Part shown: one piece after another, positions 12,108 through 24,267 of the stretch | Layout: each line of letters opens with the position of its first letter | Numbering within the stretch: the stretch's first letter is position 1 | Assembly (NCBI GenBank): GCA_038087875.1 | Contig: CM075990.1 | Span: 15,562,001-15,626,000, forward strand | Source: Malacoraja senta | Lineage: Eukaryota | Direction of reading: 5' to 3' | Length of the DNA stretch: 64,000 nucleotides | Notes under the pieces: generated by a model | Database searches by the model: none | What the model was told of the DNA's origin: nothing | The model's input: the letters and a program-made list of their open reading frames with translations, nothing else | Position numbers and translations under genes: made by a program

Positions 12108-12879
12108 ATTCGTGCATTGCTGTTTTTACAATTCATCTAATCTCCAATGGATGGTCCATGCCTCCGACAACCAGTAAAACAGCTTGGTGATTTTTCGGCA
12201 ACAAATGCGCCGATCTAGTCAACAAAACATTAAGAGTCAGCTGAGCATTGCTGACTGTCTGCCTCTCTGTATGGAACTGTCGCCACTGCCTTGTAGCTAT
12301 GCTGCCCTGTTCACGATGGATATCCACCCAATGCAGGCAATTTGGATTGTTGCAGATTAACTGAACTGGACTGGAAGTATCTTTTAGTGTTCAATGTCCC
12401 AAACTGAACTGAAACTGAACAGAATGTGTTGTGCTGAAGGTCCTATTCCTGTGCTATGTGACACTGAGAGATGAATTATGATCTTATTGACTATCAGAGA
12501 ACGTTTAGGAGCCATATTATTGATTCCTGCTCTTTTTTTTATAATGCCTCCAATTTGGTCCAACAATGAGTCCTTGCTTCTGCCTTCCTCGTGTTGGGAA
12601 TCAAAAGAAAATTGTCATTGCAAAAGCACAGTTCACATCCATCAGAATGTCCCAAAATGCTTCAATGTAATGGTTTTCAGGATAAGTCAGAGTTGTGAAG
12701 GAGGAAACATGACAAGCAATGTGTGCACAGCCATATTATTTTTTTTTGTGATAGGAGCAAAATTAGGCCATTCGGCCCATCAAGTTCTCCGCCACTCAAT
12801 CTATCTTTCCCTCTTAACCCCATTCTCCTGCCTTTTCCCCATAACCCGACGCCCGTACTAATCAAGAATCTATCCGCAG

Positions 12880-13111
12880 CAAGGGTTCCCAACCTGGGGT
12901 GCATTTAACCCCAGGGGGCAAATTTCACCTACCTAGGGGGTAAATTTGTTGATTCTGGATGTTAAAAACAGTATTTTTAAATTTCCCCTTTGTCAGTTGC
13001 TTTATTATGGTCGACGTGTAAACTCATTTACTGAACAAAACATGGTGGGGGTAAATTTACTTTCGAAAAGTTACTATGTGGTAAACGGGACGACAAAGTT
13101 GGGAACCCCTG
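12880..13111. mobile_element. hAT (Charlie-like) MITE nested in a CR1 3' fragment
   Basis: TIRs CAAGGGTTCCCAACCT / AAGTTGGGAACCCCTG; 8-bp TSD atccgcag / atcagcag (7/8 identical); the host CR1 sequence resumes afterwards. Confidence 0.85.
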
Positions 13112-13507
13112 ATCAGCAGTATCTCCGCCTAAAAAATATCCATTGACTTGGCCTCCACAGCTGTCTGTGGCAATGAATTCCACAGATTCACCACCCTCTG
13201 ACGAAAGAAATTCCTCCTCATAGCCTTCCTAAAGGAACGTCCTTTAATCCTGAGGCTATGGCCTCTGCTCCTAGACTCTCCCACAAAGAGACTCCCACAA
13301 ACATCCCACGGAGAGACACCCCACCAGGGAGCCATCCTTGTAACATAGACATGGAAACATAGATTATAGGTGCAGGAGTAGGCCGTTCGGCCCTTCAAGT
13401 CAGCACCGCCATTCAATATGATCATGGCTGATCATCCTCAATCAGTACCCCGTTCCTGCTTTCTCCCCATATCCCTTGATTCCGTTAGCCCTAAGAGCTA
13501 TATCTAA

Positions 13508-13735
13508 AGGGCCTGTCCCACTTTCACGACCTAATTCACGACCTCTGCCGAGTTTGCCCTTGACTCATACTCGCAGCATGGCCGTCACGAGGTCGTAGGT
13601 AGGTCGTAGCAAGCCGTGATGCTAGTCGTAGGTATTCGTGGCATCAAGTAGGTCGGGGCGTTTTTCTAGGCCTGATGAAAAATGTCCACAAGTAAAAAAG
13701 GTCGTGAATTAGGTCGTGAAAGTGGGACAGGCCCT
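13508..13735. mobile_element. PIF/Harbinger-like MITE nested in a CR1 tail
   Basis: Long TIRs starting AGGGCCTGTCCCACTTTCACGACCTAATTCACGACC; TAA duplicated on both sides; the host tail 'gagctatatctaa..ctctcttgaa' is rejoined by removing it. Confidence 0.9.
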
Positions 13736-14129
13736 TAACACTCTCTTGAAAACATCCAGTCAATTGGCCTCCTCTGTCTTCTGTGGCAGAGAATCCCACA
13801 GATTCACAACTCTCTGGGTGAAAAGGTTTTTCCTCATCTCAGTTGTAGCTCCAATCTCTGGAGCACCATCAGAAGCATCATGAAAATGCTCCTCATTCCC
13901 GTAAATCCTGAAAACCCAATCACAACCCACTTAACCTGGGAAACTGTGCAGTGAACTCCCATACTGTGCAGGGGTTTGTGAAAGGAAGAAAATAAGGTAA
14001 GACATAACTCATTAGCAAAACAAATCAAGATGAGAATGAGGTTTGGATTAATCTTTTCAAAGCAAATTATTTTCTTGGAGGCAGCCAAAAAATCTATTAT
14101 TTTTAATGCAAGTTTGTTTGATCTTGACC

Positions 14130-14329
14130 NNNNNNNNNNNNNNNNNNNNNNNNNNNNNNNNNNNNNNNNNNNNNNNNNNNNNNNNNNNNNNNNNNNNNNN
14201 NNNNNNNNNNNNNNNNNNNNNNNNNNNNNNNNNNNNNNNNNNNNNNNNNNNNNNNNNNNNNNNNNNNNNNNNNNNNNNNNNNNNNNNNNNNNNNNNNNNN
14301 NNNNNNNNNNNNNNNNNNNNNNNNNNNNN
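14130..14329. other. Assembly gap (200 N)
   Basis: Run of N. Confidence 1.
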
Positions 14330-15002
14330 TGGCTGGATGGCTGGATTGTAATCATGTATTGTCTTTCCGCTGACTGGTTAGCACGCAACAAAAACCATTT
14401 CACTGTACCTCGGTACACGTGACAATAAACTAAACTCTACCTGCCCCACCTGCTGAGTGATTCCAACATTTTCACTTTCTCTTTCAGATATCGAGCATCT
14501 GCAACTTTTTTTTTTGATTTACTTCAGCTCAAGTTCAAGTTCACATTTATTGCCACATCCACCAATTGGTACGGTGAAACTTGAGTTACCATACGAATAA
14601 AAACACAATGCACAATAGAGTTGAACATAAACATCCACCACAGCGGAATCAACGTTTCACACTGTGAGGGAAGGCAATAAAGTTCAGTCATCTTCCTCTT
14701 TGTTCACCCGTGGTCGGGGCCTTTGAACCCTCTGCAGTCGCCGCTACGGACGGCCCGAAGTACAGGCCCTCTCGGAACTCCGACGTCTGAACGGAGGAAC
14801 ACACTCAGCGACTTGGAGTTTCCGAATCGGCCGCTTCCCACCGGAGACCGCGGCTTCCGATGTTTACATTTTGATTCTCGGTTAGGAGAGCCTGGCAAAT
14901 TGGGCGCAGAACAGGGTACAACAGAAATCTGCAGACGTAATGTGTAGGAAGGAACTGCAGAAGCTGGTTTACACCGAAGACAAACACAAAATGCTGGAGT
15001 AA

Positions 15003-15695
15003 ATATTTTTAGTATAATATCTAAAGTGACCAGCACACAAGTGGACCAGGATCCAAAATTTATAATACTCGGAACATCAGAATTAATTCAAACATTTACA
15101 ATAACACAAAGAAACTTTATTGATTATAGTATAATAACAGGAAAAAAATTAATTCTAAAATTTTGGAAAGGCCCTACGGCCCCCACAATCAAAATGTGGA
15201 TTATAGAAATGACGGAGACCTTAAACGTGGAAAGAATCAGATTTTCCCTGTTGGACAAACAGGAATTATTCGTTGGAACATGGTCTCCCTTTATTGATTA
15301 TTTAAAGGGTCAGAATGGTTCAGCACGGGAACCTGACTAATGCTCGGGCTAAAAAATGGATGAAATGCTATATTCTGAAATGTACGAATATATCTCGAAT
15401 GAAGTTTTTTATTTCAATAAATTTTTCCACTCTTTAACTATCTTTCTCTTTTTTTTTTTTTTTTTTGTGTTCTTTTTTTTTTCTCTCTCATTTTTCTTCT
15501 CTTTCTTTTCTTTCTTTACTTCATCTATCTTTTAAATTCTATCTAGTTTAAAATTTAAAAAAAAGGCAAAAGGTATTGGAGACAATGTAATAATAAATGT
15601 GATAATATTATCAATTTAAAAATGTAAGACTGTAATGATGTTAATAGGTTATGTACTTATCTCCAATAAAAAATATTTTCAAAAAAAGATATAAA
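15003..15695 (+). mobile_element. 5'-truncated L1/Tx1-clade LINE 3' end inserted in a Penelope pLTR
   Basis: ORF 15026-15340 (KKLILKFWKGPTAPTIKMWI...WSPFIDYL), AATAAA plus A-rich tail, and a 15-bp TSD aaaatgctggagtaa (14988-15002, 15696-15710). Confidence 0.88.
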
Positions 15696-16225
15696 AAAAT
15701 GCTGGAGTAACTCAGGGAGCATCTCTGGAGAAAAGGAATGGGAGACGTTTTGGGTGGAGACCCTTCCTCAGACTAAAAGTCACGGGAAAGGGAAACAAGA
15801 GATATAGACGATGATGTAGAGAGATATAGAACAAATGAATTAAAGATATGCAAAAAAGATAAATGGAAGAGGTCTTTGTTAGCTGTAGCTAGGTGTGAAC
15901 GAAGATTGGTGCGACTTGGGTGGGGGAGGGATGGAGAGAGAGGGAATGCAGGGGTTACTTGAAGTTAGAGAAATCAATATTCATACCACTGGGCTGTCAG
16001 CTGCCCAAGCGAAATATGAGATGCTGTTCCTCCAATTTGCGTTTAACCTCACTCTGAAATTGGAGGAGGCCTAGGACAGAAAGGTCAGTGTGGGAATGGG
16101 AAGGGGAATTAAAGTGTTAAAAACTGGGAGATCAGGTTGGTCCAGGACTGAGCGAAGGTGTTCAGCGAAACGATCGCCCAGTCTGCGTTTGGTCTCACCG
16201 ATGTATAAGAGTCCACATCTGCAGA
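15696..16225 (-). mobile_element. Penelope-like element 3' end (GIY-YIG endonuclease remnant, 3' UTR/pLTR)
   Basis: CRCGLLYIGETKRRLGDRFAEHLRSV, then frameshifted ..LEEQHLIFRLG..QPSGMNIDFSNFK* (stop 15956-15958), followed by the hammerhead-bearing repeat. The rest of the pLTR is at 14942-15002. Confidence 0.9.
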
Positions 16226-16904
16226 GGTTTGTTAGTGGAAATGCCGGAAAGCTCAATAGACGACCAGCATTTAAGAAAGATCTCACGAGGGACGCTCCAC
16301 AGAAATGCTTTCAACCAGTCCCCCCATACTAGACAAAAAAAGGTGCCATCACACATATCAATTAAAAATTAAGCTGCATTTATAACCATTGTTTCCCCAT
16401 CAATATACCAAACATTGCCACTCTTTAACTTGTAATATAATAACTGAACTCTGAAGAAAAGTTTAAATTCATTCATTTTGTAGTTCATTAGCTGAGAATG
16501 ATGAATAAATACTTGTGTTACATTTAAGGTATGCTGTGCAGGTTAGTACAATCACAAACATGGCACTGTTTTTAACTAAGTAACAAACTGCTGGATCAGG
16601 CAACATCTGCGGAGGGAGGTGGACAGATAACATTTGTCTGAAGAAGGGTTTCAGCCCGAAACGTTGCCTATTTCCTTCGCTCCATAGATGCTGCTGCACC
16701 CGCTGAGTTTCTCCAGCATTTTGTGTACCTAACATTTTGGTGTTGGGAGCCTTCTTCAGACTGACCAAAACGGTGTCTGTCCATTCCTTCTGCAGATACT
16801 GCCTGATCTGCTGAGTTACTCCTGCAGCTTGTTGGTTTTTCCTCAATATTCCAGTCTCTGACTGTTGTTACTGAAGTAATGCTAATGTGAGCAGGCTGAC
16901 ACAT

Positions 16905-16938
16905 CGCAGCTCCACATGGACACCACTAGGGGGCACCA
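16905..16938 (+). promoter_or_regulatory. Candidate CTCF binding site
   Basis: CCACTAGGGGGCAC (16923-16936) fits CCASYAGRKGGCRS exactly, with an upstream CGCAGCTCC resembling the U motif. Confidence 0.55.
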
Positions 16939-16984
16939 GAAGGCTGTCTCAGACCGCTACACAGGCAGGGCTGATCTACAGTCA

Positions 16985-17292
16985 ACTTAGTTCAGTTCAG
17001 TTTAGTTTGGAGATACAGCACGGAAACAGGCCCTTCGGCCCACCGAGTCCACGCCCACCAGCGATCCCCGCACACTGGCACTATCCGAACACTAGGGACA
17101 ATTTACACTTATACCAAGTCAATTAACCTACAAATATGTACATCTTTGGAGTGTGGGACGAAACCGAAGATCTCGGAGAAAACCCACGCGAACGTACAAA
17201 CTCCGTACAGACAGCACCCGTAGTCGGGATCGAACCCGGGTCTCTGGTGCTGCAAGCGCTGTAAGGCAGCGACTCTACCGCTGCGCCACTGT
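16985..17292 (-). mobile_element. HE1-like SINE
   Basis: Near-full-length match to the 8406-8712 copy. Confidence 0.85.
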
Positions 17293-17324
17293 CTCGGGAC
17301 TTTGGAGAGTCTTATCCCGAGCGG

Positions 17325-17494
17325 TGGGGAGAGAGGGGGAGAGAGGGGGAGAGAGGGGGGGGAGAGAGTGAGGGAGAGAGGGGGGGAGAGGGGGGGGGGT
17401 GAGGGAGAGAGGGGGGGAGCGAGAGAGGGAGAGAGAGGGGGAGAGAGAGAGAGGGAGAGAGGGGGGGAGGGGGGAGAGAAAGGGGGAGAGAGGG
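17325..17494 (+). repeat. Polypurine (G/A) low-complexity tract running into a gap
   Basis: (GGGGGAGAGA)-like repeats. Confidence 0.95.
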
Positions 17495-17701
17495 NNNNNN
17501 NNNNNNNNNNNNNNNNNNNNNNNNNNNNNNNNNNNNNNNNNNNNNNNNNNNNNNNNNNNNNNNNNNNNNNNNNNNNNNNNNNNNNNNNNNNNNNNNNNNN
17601 NNNNNNNNNNNNNNNNNNNNNNNNNNNNNNNNNNNNNNNNNNNNNNNNNNNNNNNNNNNNNNNNNNNNNNNNNNNNNNNNNNNNNNNNNNNNNNNNNNNN
17701 N
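17495..17701. other. Assembly gap (207 N)
   Basis: Run of N. Confidence 1.
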
Positions 17702-18619
17702 AAGACGGAGAGACGGAAAATGTCACAGGGACATTGGGAGAGGGACGGGGACAGGATGAGAAAGGGATGGTGTGAGAGGGTGGGGGAGAGAGGGACAGAG
17801 GAGACAGGGAGAGAGAAAATGTGAACAGCCACAGGGTTGGGAGCCTAAAGCTGGAGAGCATAGGTTTCAGATGAGAGGGAAAATATTCAATTGGCACTGG
17901 AGGGACAGCGTTTTCACTGAGAGGGTGGTGGGCAGATAAAACGAGCTGCCAGGGAAAATGTTCGAGGCAGGTACAATTGCGACATTCAAAATAATGGGCA
18001 GGAACATTTTGATGTGAAAGGTTTGGAGGGATATGGGCCAGGCATGGGGAAATGGGACGCTCGTTTAGAAAGCTTGGCCAGCAGGGGTGAGTTGGGCCAA
18101 AGGGTCTATTTCCATGCTGGATGGCTCTTTGCCTCTGAGATTCTGGAGGAGATCAGATAGGCCATGGTGGGATTAGGGTTTAATTTTCTGCTCACACAGA
18201 TCTCCAGATATTCTGTCCTTCCAGAGACAGAAATAGATGTTTGTACCAATTGTCAACAGTAATATCCCTTCAAAAACAAGCATATTAAATATACATTTCC
18301 TTGCAAAGATTGCCGTGTCCTAGTTATCAGTGTGCATGCAATGGCTGATCCTCAGTTTTTGATGGATTATTTAAATCCTTACAAGGTAAAGAATGAAATT
18401 GAGATCTTTAACTGCTCAAACCATCTGTTCATACAGTGAGACCTGCAGTTCTTCCACAATTATCAACCTGAAGTCAGGCAGAGGTCACCTCCGAATTTTG
18501 TAACTTCAGATTTTACCCAGAATATGATGAAATGCTTCAATGCTCAGCGAATGGAATCCTAGAGGTGTTCTTCATTCATTTCAAACAGGTCAGAGTATTA
18601 CTGATGGCTAAGGTTACTT

Positions 18620-18823
18620 GAGATAGAGACAAAACGCTGGAGTAACTCAGCGGGTCAGGCAGCATCTCTGGAGAAAAGGATAGGTGATGTTTCGGGTCGC
18701 GACCCTTCTTCAGAAACATCACCTATTCCTTTTCTCCAAAGATGATGCCCGACCCGCAGAGTTACTCCAGCACTTTGTTTCTATCTTTGGTATAAACCAG
18801 CATCTGCAGTTCTTCGTTTCTGC
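18620..18823. mobile_element. Penelope-derived palindromic repeat with a minus-strand hammerhead core (18686-18713)
   Basis: Inverted arms around minus-strand CTGAAGA-A-gggt(cgcg)accc-GAAA-C-ATC. Confidence 0.8.
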
Positions 18824-18832
18824 AAGGTTTTA

Positions 18833-19151
18833 AAGCCCTGTCCCACTGTACGAGTTCATTCAAGAGCTCTCCCGAGTTTTAAAAAATAATCAAACTCATG
18901 GTAAGCACGTAGAATGTACGTAGCGGGTACGTCGGAGCTCGGGGACGTCTCTTAGCGGCTCGTAACGCTGACGGCAGTTACTCGGGAAACGGGGTAAGCT
19001 CGGGAAGACTCGTGAAGTATTCTCAACATGTTGAAAAATGTCCACGAGAGCCCCGAGTACCTACGAGCGGCCATTACCGTAAATCTCCACGTTCGAATCA
19101 GGGCAAACTCGGGAGAACTCTAGAATGAACTCGTACAGTGGGACAGGGCTT
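18833..19151. mobile_element. PIF/Harbinger-like MITE (subfamily B)
   Basis: TIR AAGCCCTGTCCCACTGTACGAGTTCATTC; TTA/TAA flanks; near-identical interior to 40161-40493. Confidence 0.85.
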
Positions 19152-19943
19152 TAACTCAAGAGTCAAGTCAAGAGTGTTTCCTTGTCATACGTACCGAAAC
19201 TGAACAATTAAAATGTGACGTGCAGCAGCAGGACATTTCCGTAAACAGAGTGCTCAATAGATAGCAATATGAATCAATTATCAAAGTCTCTTTTGAGAAG
19301 CAAGGAGAGGGAAGGATTATATTTCATGTTTTTCTTCACTCCTTACAATGCTATGTACGACAGTGATCAAAACGTCTACTAAGTGTGGATACCGTTGGCT
19401 CGCTAGGAGCTCATCCGCCCTTTGATCCTGCTGGTTTTTGGTCCCGCAGCCCCCTCTTCATCTGGCAAACCAGGTGGGGAGACGGTTTAGTTGCCGACTA
19501 TCTCGTCTCTGGCGCACCACCACCTCTGCGTCACTGTGCCGTCTCCAGCTTAGTCTGGGACTCTATGGGGTAGTTGGGAGGTGAGCTTAGTTGTATTTGC
19601 CCATCTAAATGCTTATCCAAAACCAAAAGTCTCCACCAAGGCAGTGATGATTTGGGCAAATGAGTAAAGAAGCCATAAGATGCCACTAATACATTTCTCA
19701 ATATATTTTACACCTGTTTTCTACCAAATGAGTGACAATGGAAGCTGGGGACATTTCTCAGCTGTGTACTTTTTTGGGCTGGATAGGTATGAGGTCATTC
19801 CTCATCTCCAAGAGCCAAGAAACCACTGGGGAGAGAAGGTGGCTTGTTGATCTTTCGGATGTCGAGTTGGCCTTCAAACCGAGCCTTCAAGAATGGCCCT
19901 CACCCAGATGGACTGGTCTGGGTGAAAAGGAAAGTTGGATGAA

Positions 19944-20205
19944 CTTTAGTTTAGTTTAGAGATACCACGCAGAAACAGGCCCTTCGGTCTGCCGCATCCG
20001 CGCTGACCAGCAACCACACCGCACATTAGCCCTGCCCTACACACAAGGGACAATTTACAATCCTTACTGAAGCCAATTAACCTCCAAGTCTATCTGTCTT
20101 TGGAATGTGGGATGAAACAGAAGCACCCGGTCACGGGGAGAACGTACAAACTCTGTACATACAGCACCTGTAGTCAGGATCAAACCTGGTGCTGTAAGGC
20201 AGCAA
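19944..20205 (-). mobile_element. HE1-like SINE, degraded
   Basis: (agttt)n tail, gaaacaggcccttcgg and gagaacgtacaaactc motifs. Confidence 0.75.
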
Positions 20206-20819
20206 TGTCACGATGCCTCCGCCAAATTATTATTTTATTAACATGGCTGTTACATTTATTCCATATTTTATTGGCATCATCAATCATGAATGTATAGATT
20301 GTTGGGCTTAAATAAGATCATCTCCCATCATCCAAAAGGTTGGTTAATGCTCCCTGCAGCACCTGCCTACCGCTTGGATATTTCACACTACACCATCAGT
20401 CATGAGATTTCAGCTCCCAGCTCGACTATTGCTGAAGTGTGAAATATCCCAGTGATATGTGGGGGTTGGTGAGAGGAAAGGAGCACAGCTACTTCTGACC
20501 CAAGATCCTTGCTTCTGACGAGAGGACTTCTGCAACAATGACTCCAGAGCAATCACCATTGCAACAAGTGGAAACAAGGAACTGTGGATGTAATACACAA
20601 AAGGACACAAAGTGCTGGAGTAACTCAGCAGGTCAGGCAGCAACTCTGGAGAACATGGATAGGTGTTGTTTTGGGTTGAGCCCCTTCTTCAGACTCCTTC
20701 TGTGTGTTAACCAGCATCTGCAGTTCTTTGTTTCTGCCATGAAAGTCATCTCCCCATTTACTTCCTTTAAGTTATTCTCTCTCATATCCCACACCCTGAT
20801 TCTTCTACCATCTACCTAA

Positions 20820-21060
20820 ATAGACAATAGACAATAGACAATAGGTGCAGGAGTAGGCCATTCGGCCCATCGAGCCAGCACCGCCATTCAATGTGATCAT
20901 GGCTGATCATCCCAATCAGTACCCTGTTCCTGCCTTCTCCCCATATCTCCTGACTCCTGTATTTTTTTAAAGCCCTATCTAGCTCTCTCTAGAAAGCATC
21001 CAGAGAACCGGCCTCCACCGCCCTCTGAGGCAGAGAATTCCACAGACTCACCACTCTCTG
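20820..21060 (-). mobile_element. CR1 3' tail, interrupted (resumes at ~22197-22237)
   Basis: (tagacaa)n tail and ggtgcaggagtaggccattcggccc stem-loop region. Confidence 0.85.
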
Positions 21061-22197
21061 GACTTTGGAAGGAGTAGGATGGGGACCCACAGTCCCATTT
21101 ATATCAACGGGTCGATGGTCGAAAGGGTCAAGAGCTTCAAATTCCTGGGCGTGCACATCTCTGAAGATCTTTCCTGGTCCGAGAACACTGATGCCATTAT
21201 AAATATTTTTATTTTATTAGAAGTACAATTGTATACAATCATATTTTCATAATACCTTTTATGTACAGCTTCTTATTTTTAAAAATTTTTGAAATAAAGA
21301 AGAAAAAGAAAAAAGTTAGATAATGAAAAATAGAAAAATGTGAGATATATAGTGTGTGAAAAAGAAAAATAAAGAATGAAATAAGAAAGTTGAGACATAG
21401 AAAATAGAAGAAAGAGAATAAATGAAAAGAAGAGAAGAAAAGAAAATAGAAGGAGATCATTTATAATCTTGACCATCCGCAGTCACGGATTAGCTTTTAC
21501 ACCTGTTTTGCACCATACGTTTCCAAAAAGACGACAAATGGAGACCAACTCGTTATGAATTGGTCAAATTTATCTATTAGGAGGAATCGCATTTCCTCAA
21601 GATGTGCGGTATCCAACATACTTGCAATCCACATTTTGAGCGTTGGTATTGGTGTATTTTTCCAAAATTTCAATATTAATTTTTTTGCTATTATTACTGA
21701 TGCCATTATGAAGAAAGCTCATCAGCGCCTCTACTTCCTGAGACGATTACGGAGAGTCGGAGGAAAAGACTACAAAAAGTAGTAAACACTGCCCAGTCCA
21801 TCATCGGCTCTGATCTCCCTTCCATCGAGGGGATCTATCACAGTCGCTGCCTCAAAAAGGCTGGCAGTATCATCAAGGACCCACACCATCCTGGCCACAC
21901 ACTCATCTCCCTACTACCTTCAGGTAGAAGGTACAGGAGCCTGAAGACTGCAACGACCAGGTTCAGGAATAGCTACTTCCCCACAGCCATCAGGCTATTA
22001 AACCTGGCTCGGACAAAACACTGAACTTTATTAGCCAATTAACTGTTATTTGCACTTTATCAGTATATTGATTCATGTGTGTATATATTTATAGAATGCC
22101 TTGTAGTCAATGCCTACTATGTTCTGTTGTGCTGAAGCAAAGCAAGAATTTCATTGTCCTATCAGGGACACATGACAATAAACTCACTTGACTTGAC
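21061..22197 (+). mobile_element. Rex1/Babar-type LINE 3' fragment, interrupted by an L1-like insert
   Basis: VERVKSFKFLGVHISEDLSW..KKAHQRLYFLRRLRR..IIKDPHHPGH..LPSGRRYRSL..RFRNSYFPTAIRLLN; tail tgacaataaa(cttga)n. Confidence 0.85.
21201..21695 (-). mobile_element. 5'-truncated L1/Tx1-clade LINE 3' end
   Basis: AKKLILKFWKNTPIPTLKMWI...WSPF; 14-bp TSD actgatgccattat (21187-21200, 21696-21709). Confidence 0.88.
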
Positions 22198-22887
22198 TCT
22201 CTGTGGGAAAAAGTGTTTCCTCGTCTCCGTTCTAAACATGGGCAATGTATGGTGACCAATTAATCTACTAACCCGCACGTACTTGGGGACACGGGATGAA
22301 ACCGGAATGCTCGTAGAAAACCGACGTGTTCACGTAAAAACTGTACAAACTCCATGCAGACGGCAGTCTACAGCATCCAACCCAGCACTAACCTGCGATA
22401 GATACCCAGTTGTGACGACCTCCATACAAAGCTCTCACAACGTAGGAACATAAACACCACTTTGCAGCAGGGTAATTTGATGTCCAACCAGCGACAATGA
22501 GGGACATGCGAACACATTAAACAGCCATCCGCACTGTTTTCTGTGGTGTACATTACCCACACAGTTGACCCTTCCCCTTTTCCAGGGTGGGACATTATTT
22601 ATTCAAGAGTATTCAAGAGAGTTTATTGTCATGTGTCCCTGATAGGACAATTAAATTCTTGCTTTGCTTCAGCACAACAGAATATAGAAGGCACGAATAC
22701 TGATCAGATCAGTGTGTCCATATACCATTGTATAAATATATACACACATGAATAAATAAACTGATATAGTGCAAATATACAGATTATGGGCTATTAATGT
22801 GTTCACCACCTCTACCCCCTTCCCCTATCCCCCGCCCAAGTCACCTCATGAACCCCACGACTAAAATCACCTGTCCACCTCCCTTGC

Positions 22888-23195
22888 TATAATAATAATA
22901 ATAATGGATGGGATTTATATAGCGCCTTTCTAATACTCAAGGCGCTTTACATCGCATTATTCATTCACTCCTCAGTCACACTCGGTGGTGGTGAGCTACT
23001 TCTGTAGCCACAGCTGCCCTGGGGCAGACTGACGGAAGCGTGGCTGCTAATCTGCGTCTACGGCCCCTCCGACCACCACCAATCACTCACACACATTCAC
23101 ACACATTCACACGCAGGCAAAGGTGGGTGAAGTGTCTTGCCCAAGGACACAACGACAGTATGCACTCCAAGCGGGATTCGAACCGGCTACCTTCC
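22888..23195 (-). mobile_element. CORE-type SINE with an L2-like tail, 5'-truncated (teleost-like)
   Basis: Minus strand B box ggttcgaatccc, CORE motif gtgtccttgggcaagacacttcacc, tail aagcgccttgag...gcgctatataaat and (att)n. Confidence 0.75.
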
Positions 23196-24267
23196 TGCTA
23201 TAGACAAGCAGGAAGATCTTGCATCTAATATTCCCAGAGAATTGCTGTTTAAAGCATCAACACACATTCAGATGGGATTGTTAATTTCATTAAAACATTT
23301 GACAAGCTGAGTGATGGCAATTTACACCCCCCGACTGTTACTGAACCTGTTATCTTTCAGCGCAGTAAGATCTTGAATATCCAACTGCTTCCAATGTTGT
23401 TTTGATTTTTGGCCCCAATCCTTCATTTAAATAAATTCTGCAATACTTCTAATTCAGTTGTCTGCTAAATTACTTCTTCCCCCTCAAATGAGATTATTAA
23501 TAGATATTAAACGCAAAGGTTAAATCAGCCAAGGACAGAATAAAAACAGAATCATCTTGACAGTCACAACACCTCAGTGTCAGATCACCTTTGTATTTTA
23601 GCAACCTTTTAGCACTTTGCTAGCAATCTGTGCTGTGAGTTCTCGTAAAACTACAGTCCAATTTACCAGAGGTTTATGACTGTATTCACTCAATGAAAGT
23701 TGGCAACATTTAGAGGGCTGAAAGTCATTACTTTCCCAATCTTTGCTGCTAATTTTAGATCTTGTTTATGCATTTTCATTAACATTTCCTGCAGTCCTAT
23801 AACATTTAAATCTCGACACGCAACATCACCTATTCCTTTTCTCCAGAGATGCTGCCTGACCCGCTGAGCTACTCCAGCATGTTAAGTCGATCTTCCATAA
23901 CATCGTGAAATCTAATAAAGAAAATAACGTCACCTACCACCTCTTTGCAGTGCGACCATTCTCCACTAACCATCGAAGGAAAAACGGCACTAAAATAGTT
24001 AACTTTCCCTTGCTTCAGGATAGATGTGGCGACCTCAATAACCACTCATAGACAGAGCCTGCATTTTAAATCATTTCACTAAAGGAGATTATGCTCCTGA
24101 ACTTTACAAACAGAATTATTTATCGTGTTTTTCATTGGATGTGGAGATGGAAATGAATGGTCTGTGCGTCTACTGAGGATATAGGGGGAAGTAAGGGCAG
24201 GTTTTAAATTAATCTACCTGCCGCTAGACAACTAAATCCCAAAGCCGACCAGGCAAAGCATCAAAAA

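Noticed and set aside
13321-13334. Second CTCF-like motif CCACCAGGGAGCCA
   Set aside because: Weaker match, no upstream motif, and wedged between CR1 fragments.
13834-17897. Long ORFs containing X runs or Pro/Ser/Gly/Glu-rich translations
   Set aside because: Artefacts of N gaps and the polypurine tract.
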